NCBI RefSeq assembly: GCF_006345805.1
Contig: NC_043007.1
Span: 20,584,001 to 20,648,000, forward strand
Length of the DNA stretch: 64,000 bases
Origin: Octopus sinensis
Lineage: Eukaryota
Direction: 5' to 3'
Shown here in pieces: positions 13,833-25,338 of the stretch (positions within the stretch are counted from its first letter, which is position 1; each line of letters opens with the position of its first letter). A program made the translations under genes and the position numbers. Below the pieces are notes generated by a model. It searched no databases. It saw nothing but the letters and a program-made list of their open reading frames with translations, and was not told where the DNA came from.

Positions 13833-14150
13833 TTGAAATCACAAAAATGTGGAAGTTTAGTACTACGATAATACCAGTAGTAACTGGTACGTTGGGAATG
13901 ATAAAGAAAGGAGCTCAGAAGTACATTTAGCAACTCCCTGGTAACTCCAATCTCCACGAACTACAAAAGATTACCTTGATGGGTTCAGCCCAAATACTAT
14001 GGGAAGCACTCTCCATCTAAAATGAAATAAATGTGACGATAATTTTAGCATGCATAGCAAAACAAAAGTGCCCTTGCTACTCTTGGCCTCCGGGAGATGC
14101 CCAGTACTAAGGCAGCTGAAATAAAGTTATAATGAAAGGAAGCCGTTAAT
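13833..14150 (+). mobile_element. R4/Dong-like LINE, 3' end (family 3)
   Basis: EITKMWKFSTTIIPVVTGTLGMIKKGAQKYI*QLPGNSNLHELQKITLMGSAQILWEALSI*, followed by a TGA/TAA tail. Confidence 0.75.
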
Positions 14151-14160
14151 GATGATGATG

Positions 14161-14245
<85 letters not shown>

Positions 14246-14344
14246 GTTAAGTTAAGTTAATTTTTTGGCTCAAAAAGCAAAACGCAAGGCCATGTAGGGG
14301 GACATGGAGTTATGTTCGGGGAGGCTGTTGCGTAGTCTATTATA

Positions 14345-15265
14345 GTGCACCCATCCTGAAATGGGCATGAGTGAAGACTAACCAACTCAATCGCACTACT
14401 CGAAAGACAATGACAACACATAGTGCCCTCCACCCTAAAGTGAATGTACACAGGCTCTACATGAAGAGGTGTAAAGTTGGATGTGTGTTGATTCGTATAC
14501 AGGAGTGCAACAACAGTGAAAGAAGAAACATGGCAGAATATTTGGTAAACAGCAAACAAGACCTGTTACAGTATGCTGCTAATGTAGAAAGATTTACTAA
14601 AAATGGCCTTGAGAGTGCTAATTAATTCTGATCATGAATAGCAAATGAGGGAAAAGAAACTTTACTTCACATGGAATTACATGGTCGGTTCCACCATGAA
14701 GCTAGCAACTTGACCAGGTAGCATCATGGAGGTGGCTCAGTAAGGATGACTTAAAAAGAAGGCTGAAAGCCTAATCATCACTGCCTAGGATCAGGCATTG
14801 AATACTAACTCAATGAAAAGGGATATGTAACACACAAGTGCACCGAGCCTCTGCAGAATGTGTGGGAAGAGAGTTGAAAGTGTGACTCATATTGTTTGTG
14901 CTTGTGGAAGTCTTGCACAGAAAGACTACAAGTGCAGACCTGACAAGGTAGTCCAAAACCTTCACTGGCTACTATGCCAGAAGTCTGGATATGAGGTAAC
15001 TGGTGCCTTGTACCAACATACACTGGAAAAGGTAATGGACAAAAAGGGGAAGGCAAAAATCCTCTGAGACTTTGACTTGCACACAGACAAGATGTTAGAG
15101 CACCGAAGGCCAGATATAGTAACCTTTAGGAGGGACAAACAAGAGTACCTAATAATCGAGGGAGCAGTGCTAGGAGATCAACATATTATCAGGAAAGAAA
15201 GAGAAAAGATGGATAAATATGGAGTCCTGAGAATTGAGATTGCCAAGATGAGGCAGCTATGAGAG
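14345..15265 (+). mobile_element. R4/Dong-like LINE fragment: end of RT, CCHC knuckle, endonuclease start (family 1, decayed)
   Basis: NRTTRKTMTTHSALHPKVNVHRLYMKR; CRMCGKRVESVTHIVCAC..LAQKDYKCRPDKV..LHWLLC; HRRPDIV. Contains stops and frameshifts. 15020-15265 closely matches 13134-13380. Confidence 0.9.
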
Positions 15266-15297
15266 TCAAGCGGACGTTAAATGATGATGATGATGAT

Positions 15298-15344
<47 letters not shown>

Positions 15345-16215
15345 TTCTATTGTTTGTTTCCGTTTCCATCTCCTATTTCCCCGTCTCTTCTGCTCCCATA
15401 CACTCTTGCAGCTTCCACCCACGTGAACACAGTTTCGTACAGAGAAATAACTGTTTCTTTATTACCCACAAGAGGCTAAACATAGAGGGGACAAACTAGG
15501 ACAGACAAAGGGAATAAGTCGATTACATTGACCCAATACATAACTGGTACTTAATTTATCGACCCTGAAAGGATGAAAGGCAAAGTCGACCTTGGTGGAA
15601 TTTGAACTCAGAATGTGGCGATGGGTGAAATACCACGAAGCACTTCACCCGGCGTGCTAACGTTTCTGCCAGTTTGCCACCTTGAACAGGGTAATACTGT
15701 AATAGGATGGTGAGAGCAGGTGCTATGCTAAGAGAAGTAAAGCTAAGTCAGGAGGAATGAACAGGTAGAAGGAAGTGATTGGTAGTTGGGAAGTCAGCAA
15801 TTAGTGATGGGGAAACCGAAAGCTGAGAATGAAAGATGAAAGAATTGAACAACGAAGGAAGAATGATGGAAAATGTAGAAAAAGGACAAAATGAAAAAAT
15901 TAAACGATTAAAAAATTTTTTTAATTAAAAGATGAAGTTTTTTAAAAAAAATTTTCAAAAGTTCACTCACTTCTACTCACCTTGTACCTTGAGGAATTAC
16001 CTGGACAACTTCTCATCACTGTTTATCTCTTTGCAACTAGTAACGCCTATTTTTACTCTAAATGTGAGTAGCCATGTAACGCCTCTGCACAGCAACAACT
16101 TGCTTTTTCCCCCTCTGTTCTTTCACACTTTAACCCTTTCTCTCCTAGCATTAAGCTGCCACCCTCTGTTCCAGGTTTCATAGTCTTATGAGCTACATAA
16201 TGACCTTGCTAGTAC

Positions 16216-16640
16216 CTATTTCTTTACTACCCACAAGGGGCTAAACACAGAGAGAACAAACAAGGACAGACAAACGGATTAAGTTGATTATATCGACCCC
16301 AGTGCATAACTGGTACTTATTTAATTGACCCTGAAAGGATGAAAGGCAAAGTCGACCTCGGCGGAATTTGAACTCAGAATGTAGCGGCAGACGAAATACC
16401 TATTTCTATTTTTTTACTACCTACAAGGGGCTAAACACAGAGAAGACAAACAAGGACAGTCAAACGGATTAAGTCGATTACAGCGACCCCAGTGCGTAAC
16501 TGGTACTTATTTAACTGACCCCGAAAGGATGAAAGGCAAAGTCGACCTTGGTGGAATTTGAACTCAGAACGTAACAGCAGACAAAATACTGCTAAGCATT
16601 TCACCTGGCGTGCTAACGATTCTGCCAGCTCACTGCCTTG
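16216..16640 (-). mobile_element. SINE family A (tRNA-derived hairpin head), dimer
   Basis: A box AGCTGGCAGAA, B box GAGTTCAAATTC. Two ~180-bp units, with the TSD CCTTGCTAGTAC on both sides. Monomers or partial copies also lie at about 13700-13830, 15448-15682 and 57683-57903. Confidence 0.85.
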
Positions 16641-16916
16641 CTAGTACCAGTGGCATGAAAAAGAACCCAGTATATACTGTAAAATGGTTCAAAGGTGCAC
16701 GGTTTAGTGGTTAGCGTAATCAGTTCATGACCATAAAGTCGTGAGTTCAATTCCTGGGGGTGTGTTATGTCTTTGGGCAAGACACTTTATTTTATGTTAC
16801 TCCAGTACACTCAGCTGACGAAAGTGAGTCGTACCTGTGTGCCAAATGGTCAGCATTGTCACATTCTGTGTCACATTCTGTGTCACACTGGATCTCCTTA
16901 AGAACTATGTTAAGTT

Positions 16917-17150
16917 TCATTTTTGGATTTGGTTTGCAAGATTCTTTATATGAGTTCGTGTGTTGAAGCATGTTCTGTTGTGTCTGGGGAGAGTCATTTT
17001 CTTTTTGTGCCTTTTAATGTAACACACTCACCGGTAAAATTTCCACTTTTTTCTTATTTTTATTTTCCTAAAATTTCCGTTGCGTCTTGTGACCTTTTCA
17101 ATAGTCTTGACTCTTACATTATAAGGCACAAAAAGAAAATGACTCTCCCC
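16917..17150. mobile_element. PLE-like fragment with short internal inversion, inserted in a family C SINE
   Basis: The last ~36 bp are the reverse complement of 16987-17022. AACTATGTTAAG is duplicated at 16903-16914 and 17160-17171. Same family as 56677-57022. Confidence 0.6.
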
Positions 17151-17719
17151 TTCACAAAAAACTATGTTAAGGTTATACATGTTTGTGGAGTACTCAGCCA
17201 CTTGCATGTTAATTTCACAAGCAGGCTGTTCCAATAATCGGATCAACTGGAAACCTCATCATGATAACCAATGGAAAACAAGGTATCTAGCCATAGAAAC
17301 CATGCCAAAGCAGATACTGGGCCACAACGCAGTTTCTTGAACTCATTGGATCCCGTCAAACCATCTAACCCATGACGACATGGAACATGGACGTTAAATG
17401 ATGATGATGATGATGATGATGTCTTAATGCATGTATCCTTGCTTTAACAACTTACTGGCTGTTTGATATTGAAGAAATCCCCAAGGGCTTTTCTCCCCAT
17501 CCTATGTCTAGCGTTATCTTTTCAGTAAACCTTTATTTAATTAACCAACTGATTTGAGATCTACTATTATCTGTTGCTAGATTATTACTGAACCTAACTA
17601 TCCCCTGTTTCACCCTGTCTTTAAGTGCTATCTTCCATTAATTAATTATAAGGCTGACTATGAAAGTTATTTTAATTCTATAATCTGGTTCTGATAGGTC
17701 TTTTTATATATCTTTGTGA

Positions 17720-18050
17720 AGGCGCATGGCTCAGTGGTTAGAGCGTGGAGCTTACGATCGTTAGGTTGTGAGTTCGAATCCTGGACTGGGCTACGTGTTG
17801 TGTTCTTGAGCAGGACACTTTATTTCATGTTGCTCCAGTTCACTCAGCTGTAGAAATGGGTTGCAATGTCACAGGTGCCAAGCTGTATCGGCTGTTGCTT
17901 TTCCCTTGGGTAACACTGGTGGCGTGGAGAGGGGAGGCCTGTATGCATGGGCGACTGCTGGTCTTCCATAAAACAACCTTGCCCAGACTTGTGCCTGGGA
18001 GGGTAACTTTCTAGGTGCAACTCTACGGTCAGTCATGACCGAAGGAGGTC
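17720..18050 (+). mobile_element. SINE family C (tRNA head plus CORE-like GTGTTCTTGAGCAAGACACTT domain)
   Basis: A box TGGCTCAGTGG, B box GTTCGAATCC. Related copies or subfamilies lie at about 19877-20250, 22290-22525 (-), 25635-25955, 39478-39818 (-), 42700-42990 (-), 44975-45150, 60965-61270 (-) and 62105-62425. Confidence 0.85.
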
Positions 18051-18157
18051 TCAAAAAAATATATCTTTGAAACGGTTTTCTGAACTTCCAGTAATTAGAA
18101 GTATATAAAATTTCAAAAATAAATCTCTGAGTGAGGTATAAACAGTAGCTGCAACAC

Positions 18158-18498
18158 ATCGTGAAGTATATTTGCCATTTAAATATGGCTAACCACTAAG
18201 GGTGGATGCTACTGTAGCTTGTAGCCCCAGGAGGACACCTCCTCCAGCTGGCTATAGACACATTTTTCATCAACAGCCATGATTGTCATATGCTGATGAC
18301 GGGTCAATACCCAGAAACTCAAGTCCGTGTGTATCATAGGTTGAAGATGGGAAGGATGGCTTCCCTTTGCAAATACTGATAGGGCACAGAAAGTGTGTCT
18401 ATAGACAGCTGGAGGAGGTGTCCTCCTGGGGCGACAAGCTACAGTAGCATCCACCCTTAGGGGTTAACCATATTTAAATGGCAAATATACTTCACGAT
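18158..18498 (+). mobile_element. PLE-like pseudo-LTR fragment with 105-bp inverted arms
   Basis: Arms at 18158-18262 and 18394-18498 are reverse complements. The spacer contains a hammerhead. Confidence 0.7.
18287..18331 (+). ncRNA. Minimal type I hammerhead ribozyme
   Basis: CATATG CTGATGA C GGGT-CAAT-ACCC A GAAAC TCAA GTC CGTGTG. Intact CUGAUGA and GAAA core, 4-bp helix II, 2-bp helix III, GUC site, and a 6-bp helix I with two G-U pairs. Confidence 0.8.
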
Positions 18499-18944
18499 AT
18501 ATAAAAACTGTATCAGGCTAATGGTTCAAGTCACAGTTGGTTCAAGTCACAGTTAGTTCAAGTCACACAGTTGTAATATTTATAGTGGAAATAGCATAAA
18601 CATAACTGGTAGCGTCTACTATACATATTTGAGATGAAATATCAAATGCTTGTCAGGAGATTTTTCTTTGTAGATTCTGGAAACTTTCTTTCCTTGTTCT
18701 TATCAGACTCTTCCACATGGTCCCAGCATGCTTCTTAAATGAAATTCCAGTCTCCTGCTGACGCTAATAAATAGAGGTATAACCACCTTGCCTTAGTTAA
18801 GGTATAAAGTATTACCAACATCAGAGCATTTCAAGCCCATCCTGCCTTAAGACATACGCTGTTTCTAGCTTCAAGTCATTGACTTAGATGACATGCCATG
18901 TCCAGAACCACCAACTTGTTTTCTTATTCCAGGAAAATAAATGT

Positions 18945-19450
18945 GGAGGCGCATGGCTTAGTGGTTAGGGTGCCAGCATCTTGATCGTAAGATTGTGGTT
19001 TTGATTCCTAGACTGGGTGATGCACTGTGTTCTTTAGCAAAACACTTCATTTCACGTTGCTCCAGTCCACTCAGCTGGCAAAAATGAGTAACGCTGCAAT
19101 GGACTGGCTCCTGTCCAGCTGGGGAACACATACGCCATTTAAACCAAGAAATTGGGCCCATGAGCCTGGCTAGGCTTTAAAAGGGTGCATTTATTTTTGT
19201 GGAAGCGCGTGGCTTAGTGGTTAGGGTGGCAGCATCATAATCGTAAGATTGTGGTTTTGATTCCTGGACCGGGCGACGCATTGTGTTCTTGAGCAAAACA
19301 CTTCATTTCACGTTGCTCCAGTCCCCTCAGCAGGCAAAAATGAGTAACGCTGCGATAGACTGGCATCCCGTCCAGCTCGGGGAAACACATACGCCATAGA
19401 AACTGGGAAACCGGGCCCATGAGCCTGGCTAGGCTTTAAAAGAGTACATT
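18945..19450 (+). mobile_element. Head-to-tail dimer of a family C SINE subfamily
   Basis: Two ~255-bp units, each starting GTGGAGGCGC and ending GGGTGCATTTATTT. The same dimer arrangement lies at about 40098-40610. Confidence 0.85.
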
Positions 19451-20364
19451 TATTTATTTATTTATGAAAATGAACATCTCATAATTCGTAATTTTTACTA
19501 ATCATTATTAGTAGAGAAGTGCTTAGTGGCAGTGAATTAGGACTAAATAGGAGACGTGAGAAATTTCCATTGGTTTCCAAATAAAATACAATATAATAGA
19601 AGACTGTTCTTAGAGTAACCCATAATACAACAAGTGCTTACTTAGTGAAGTCCATTGTGGTGCCAAAGGAGACAATGAGCATCTATTCAAAATGCTTGAA
19701 AAAACCTCTTACAAACTTTGAAAGTGGGCGGGGATGGGGAATGAAAACAACAACAACAAAAACAACTACAACAATTATAACAACAACAACAACTACAATA
19801 ACAATAACAACAACAATAACAGCAATGACGATGACAATGATTGTAATGGCGACAATAACAACTACAGCAACAAGAATGGAGGCGCATTGGCCCAGTGGTT
19901 AGGGCAGCGGACTCACGATCGGAGGATCGTGGTTTCGATTCCCAGACCGGGCGTTGTGTGTGTTTATTGAGCAAAAACACCTAAAGCCCCATGAGGCTCC
20001 GGCAGGGGGTGGTGGCGACCCCTGTTGTACTCTCTGCCCCAATTTTCTCTCACTCTTTCTTCCTGTTTCTTGTCTCCGACTTCCTACGCAACCGCTGAGC
20101 CTGGATGCGCATTCATCCATCTGTCGATGCTCTCGATGTCGGGGCTTGACCTGCTTTCTCTTCTGCAGGTCTTATGAAATAGCAAAGGACCACGTTTCGG
20201 ACTTCACCCACTGGAACAAAGACCGCTTCGCTCAACAAACAAACAAACAAACAAACAGCAACAACAATGTTGGCGATGACAACAATGGTGATGACGATGT
20301 TGATGATGATAACGATAATGGCAATTATGACAATAACAAAATATTTATTTGCCAGAATATAGGC

Positions 20365-20762
20365 ACAGGAGTGGCTGTGGTAAGAAGCTTGCTTACCAAT
20401 CACATAGTTCTGGGTTCAGTCCCACTGCGAGGCACTTTGAGCAAGTGTCTTCTACTATAGCCTCGGGCTGACCAAAGCCTTGTGAGTGGATTTGGTAGAT
20501 GGAAACTGAAAGAAGCCCATCGTATATATGTATATATGTTTGTGTGTGTATATGTTTGTGTGTCTATGTTTGTCCCACCAATATCGCTTGACAACTGATG
20601 ATGGTGTGTTTACATGCCCGTATCTTAGCAGTTCGGCAAAAGAGACTGATGGAATAAGCACTAGGCATACAAAGAATAAGTCCTGGGGTCGATTTGCTCG
20701 ACTAAAGGTGGTGCTCTAGCGTGGCCACAGTCAAATGACTGAAACAAATAAAAGAATAAAAA
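20365..20762 (+). mobile_element. SINE family B (tRNA head, CORE-like GGCACCTTGGGCAAGT, internal TA/TG tract, AAAGAAT tail)
   Basis: Near-full copies also lie at about 26008-26410 (-), 27362-27765, 30300-30680, 36912-37297, 41955-42368 and 63283-63895 (-). Partial copies lie at 35105-35280 and 36666-36905. Confidence 0.9.
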
Positions 20763-20844
20763 AAGAACACACACACTCACACACACGTGCACACACACAC
20801 ACACACAACACACACACACACACACACACGCACACACACACACA

Positions 20845-21060
20845 CAAGGGGTTGCTGAAAAGTTCCTGGCTTGGGTAAAAGAAAATACAGGAGGGATCAG
20901 TTAATTATGATTTTATTCAACATATTCTCCTCTCTGGTTCAAACACTTATTGCAGAGGTCCTTCAGTTTTTCTAAGCCCTGTAAAAGAACTCAGAAGGTT
21001 GGACCACCAACTAGGGCTTTAATTGTACCCTTAAAGCCAGGAACTTTTCAGCACCCTTCG
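20845..21060. mobile_element. Mariner-derived MITE (~215 bp)
   Basis: TIRs CAAGGGGTTGCTGAAAAGTTCCTGGCTT and AAGCCAGGAACTTTTCAGCACCCTTCG, a mariner-type CGAGGG terminus. No ORF. Confidence 0.75.
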
Positions 21061-21891
21061 AATATAGTAAAGGGAAATGGCTATGTTGTTGTAAGGTAAT
21101 TAGAACAGAGTTGTGAACATGGATGCTTGTGAAATTGATAATGATAAATTAATTGTTAATGACATCTAATAGCTTTAGCAGCTTAACTTAAAAATAGGTT
21201 AACCCACATACACACGCACTCATGCAGTTATATACATACATACATACAGTCTCTCTTTCATTCACATACACAGGCATGCACATATGCACACATATATCAA
21301 TGCGTATAATCACATATATGCAATCACATACAAACTCACACATCCCACCTACTTTCTCCCACACAAAGCACTTTGCATACGCAAACACAGATCCACCACA
21401 ATCACACCAGCCAATACAACATCACACACACACACACACACATCAAAGCACTCAGTTTACATCATAGCTCACACTCACCACTCTTACCTTGTTCTGTACA
21501 CACAATCTCCTTACTTACACATAAATGCTCTCGTGTAATATTTACACTATACCATATTCTAGCTGACACACACATATGGATACACATACTTTCATACAAA
21601 TAAACACAGAAACACAAGGATAGACACTTGATTAAAGAAATTTTCAATTCCAATTAGCTTGAATTGTTATTAATCAAACATATTTGTTATTTACTGTTGA
21701 TAAACTAAACTTAATCCTCAGTGTTATTTGTTTACTGTTGTTGTTTGAAGAGAGAACAGTGGTTAGCAGAACCAACAGAGGCAACTGTTTTGTTACCTTG
21801 CTGTGTTGAAATCTAGAGTTTCTTTCCGTATCATTTACAGAAAAATGGATGTTCCTCGATACAGACTTGACCTAAATACGCTACTCTCTCC

Positions 21892-22085
21892 CTATCCGCT
21901 CAGTCGAAGTCGACTCTCGGTCACTCGTTGGATCAGAGTCCTCCAGTCAGTTCTATCCTGGGCCGCTTCCTTCAGATTGGCCATGTCTATTCCGGTATAA
22001 CTCCTGATGGTGTCAAGCCAGCGGGTTCTTGGTCGGCCTCTTCCTCTCTTGTCACTGACCATTCTGAGCATGATGTCCTTCTACA
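21892..22085 (-). mobile_element. RTE-clade LINE, 3' end
   Basis: KDIMLRMVSDKRGRGRPRTRWLDTIRSYTGIDMANLKEAAQDRTDWRTLIQRVTESRLRLSG*, the typical RTE GRP..W.D...DR..WR C-terminus. Confidence 0.85.
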
Positions 22086-22829
22086 TCATATGCTACAGCG
22101 ACATGAAATAAATTGCTTTATGATAGGCACAGGCAATGGTTGTGTGGTCAAGAAGTTTGTTTCCAAACCATAGGGTTTCCATTTCCATCCCACTGCATGG
22201 CACCTTGGGCAAGTGTCTTCTATGTTTGTTCCTTCTCGAGCCATTTCTGGCTCATAAGGGCCGGTTTCTCGGTTTCCTTGGCGTATAGGTTCCCCACCTG
22301 GACGGCATGCCAGTCTGTCACAGGTGAGCTGCAAGATGCAGGAGGAAAGAGTGAGAGAAAGTTGTAGTGAAAGAGTCAACAGAAGTTCACCATTACCTTC
22401 TGCCAGAGCCGCGTGGAGCTTAGGTGTTTCGCTCATAAACACACACATCACCTGGTCTGAGATTCGAACCTGCAATCCCTCGACCGTGGGTCCACTGCTC
22501 TAACCACTAGGCCATATGCCTCCACTGTCTTCTATGTGCCTTCTATTACATTTACCAAAGGTTTGTGAGTGGATTAGGTAGTTAAAAACTGGAAGAAGCC
22601 CGTTGTATATGTGATGTAAAGGAAGAAAAAGATGGACGTGAAGAGAGAATTACGGTCTAGAAAAAGGGTCACTTTCAACATCCACATGCTGTCTCAATCT
22701 CCAAGGTTCACTCCACATTCACATGCGCTATCTGTCACTGTACAGTCTCACACATCCGCTCTGATGTGCTGTCCACTGCCGACTGGCTCCTTGTGATTTA
22801 CTGATGCTGCATGTTCACCATGGTACTCC

Positions 22830-23288
22830 GCATATAGTGTATATATAGTGTGTATATAGTGTGTTTGTAGTGTATATATAGTGTGTATATAGTGTATATA
22901 TAGTGTATATAAAGTGTATATATAGTGTGTATATAGTGTGTATATAGTGTGTATATAGTGTGTATATAGTGTATATATAGTGTATATATAGTGTGTATGT
23001 AGTGTATATATAGTGTGTATATAGTGTATATATAGTGTATATATAGTGTGTATGTAGTGTGTATATAATGTGTATGTAGTGTGTATATAGTGTGTATATA
23101 GTTTATATATAGTGTATATATAGTGTATATGTAGTGTATATATAGTGTGTATGTAGTGTATATATAGTGTGTATATAGTGTGTATGTAGTTTATATATAG
23201 TGTGTATGTAGTGTATATATAGTGTGTATGTAGTGTATATATAGTGTGTATATAGTGTATATATAGTGTATATATAGTGTATATATAG
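22830..23288. repeat. TATAGTG-based minisatellite (11-13 bp units)
   Basis: Directly visible repeats of TATATAGTGTG and variants. Confidence 0.9.
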
Positions 23289-24277
23289 GGGTTTGTTTTT
23301 CATCGGTAAAACATGGGTTTATATTCTAGGTTTAAAGTGGTGAACTGGCAGCATCATTAGCATGTCCAGCAAAAAGCTAAGTGGCATTTCTTCCAGTTGT
23401 TTATGTTCTGAGTTCAAATCCTGTTGAGGTCAGCTTTGCCTTTCATCCCTTTGAGCACCAGTCAAGTACTGGAGTGGATGTAATTGACTTGACTTGCCCC
23501 CTCCCCACAAAATTGTTGGCCTTAAACTTTGCAACAGACCAGCATCTCATTTAGGGGCAATGTTGTGATTCCATTCAAGACTTAGCATTCATAAATGTCT
23601 GTCTGTTCCATTTCCTTGTGAGTACGAAGTCTACTTGTCTTGTATGTTCATTTTATCGGTAAGAAATCGATCAGGTTTCAGGACAGTTTTCTTTGGTTAG
23701 TGTTGCAAATGCTTAAATTATTTGCATCACGGAACTCCAGGGGACCTGATTTCATCTCATTCTTTGCACTATATTTATCTATACCTCCATGCATGCCAGA
23801 AAATCCATCATGTCATTCGTAATATGTCTGCAAAAATCAGGGCGGCCAGCTGGCATAACTGTAAACATGCCAGGCAAAATTCTTAGTAGTATTTTGTCCA
23901 TCTTTATGTTCCAAGTTCAAATTCTGCCAAGGCTGGCTTTTCCTTTCATCCTTTCAGAGTTGATAAAGTAAGTATCAGTTGACCACCATAGTCGATGCAA
24001 CTGACTTACCCATTGCCCTAAAATCACTGACCTTGTGCCAAAATTTAAAACCAATGTCTGTTAAAATCACTAACCATGATAATGAAGTCCTTGCCATACG
24101 TTATTGACATACTCTGCAGCAGGGCATCATAAGAGTGGTTCTTTTGGTCCATTGCCAGCCTTGATTGTGTTGTGCAAGCAGAGATAAAAGTCGCTGTCAT
24201 GTTGTGGATGACTAACTTACATTTAATTATTCTATTACATACTCTGGTTACCTCAGTTGCTTTATCTATTCATTTCT

Positions 24278-24881
24278 TATTTCTTTACTACCCACATGGG
24301 GCTAAACATAGAGGGGACAAACAAGGACAGACAAAAGGATTAAGTCGATTACATCGACCCCACTGTGTAACGGGCACTTTATTTATTGACCCTGAAAGGA
24401 TGAAAGCTAAAGTTGACCTCGGCGAAATTTGAACTCAGAACGAAACAGCAGACGAAATATCTATTTCTTTATTGCCCACAAGGGGGCTAAACATAGAGGG
24501 GACAAACAAGGACAGACAAACGGATTAAGTCGATTACATCGACCCCAGTGCGTAACTGGTACTTAATTTATTGACCTCAAAAGGATGAAAGCTGAAGTCG
24601 ACCTCGGCGAAATTTGAACTCAGAACGAAACAGCAGACGAAATATCTATTTCTTTATTGCCCACAAGGGGGCTAAACATAGAGGGGACAAACAAGGACAG
24701 ACAAATGGATTAAGTCAATTACATCAACCCCACTGTGTAACTGGTACTTAATTTATTGACCTCGAAATGATGAAAGGTAAAGTTGACCTCGGTGGAATTT
24801 GAACTCAGAACGTAACGGCAGACGAAATACCGCTAAGCATTTTGCCCTGTGTGCTAACGTTTCTGCCAGCTCGCCGCCTTC
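24278..24881 (-). mobile_element. SINE family A, trimer
   Basis: Three ~183-bp units with one complete head at the right end. An imperfect ~15-bp TSD (TTATCTAYTMATTTC) flanks the whole array. Confidence 0.85.
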
Positions 24882-25038
24882 ATTATCTACTAATTTCTCT
24901 GCTAGCAATATGTCTACTCTCCCCATGCTAACACTGTTACCCACTCACAGAAGAATTTGTACTTTTGTTCCTTTCCAGTAAGGAATCTAGTTGTGGCTTC
25001 CCTTAATCCTGTTCCTACAATACTCGTCTTCTCACCTG

Positions 25039-25338
25039 CAGAGGTGTAGCCAGGTTCTAAAGTTATGGGGGAGCAAGCACATAAAAAATGGGTGTTGTGA
25101 CACATTCCAAGCAATTTCTAACCCATTTCTCTTATTACATGAAATACTTCATTAGTTATAATATACATAATTGTATCCTAAATTTATTAATTTCATGTAT
25201 AAGTAACAATGTCATCATGTATGAAACTTAGGTAACTAAAGGGTAAAAAAAACAAAAATCACTGAAAGGCACCCATTTTGAAAAATGTGCTTGAGGGGAG
25301 CAATCATTTTCCTTGCTTCCCTATTAGCTAAACCACTG
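25039..25338. mobile_element. Possible old hAT-like MITE
   Basis: Imperfect TIRs CAGAGGTGTAGC and GCTAAACCACTG. The flanking 8-mers CTCACCTG and CTTGCCCC match only partly. Confidence 0.3.

Noticed and set aside
15960-16060. Minus-strand exon ending at AAG|GTGAGT (~15980)
   Set aside because: No plausible upstream acceptor, and the frame is closed by a stop.
18700-18910. Possible decayed LINE coding remnant on the minus strand
   Set aside because: Too degenerate to assign to a clade by eye.
19877-19955. tRNA gene
   Set aside because: A and B boxes are present, but the acceptor stem does not close and the sequence continues into a SINE body. The same applies to the other tRNA-like heads.
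21798-21875. 75-nt minus-strand exon candidate (VKSVSRNIHFSVNDTERNSRFQHSK)
   Set aside because: The acceptor lacks a pyrimidine tract and abuts an RTE tail. Peptide not recognised.
24278-24881. CRISPR-like array
   Set aside because: The units are ~180-bp SINE bodies with no unique spacers and no cas genes, in a eukaryotic context.
25035-25060. 21-nt minus-strand micro-exon ending CAG|GTGAGA
   Set aside because: It coincides with the terminus of a probable MITE and has no independent support.
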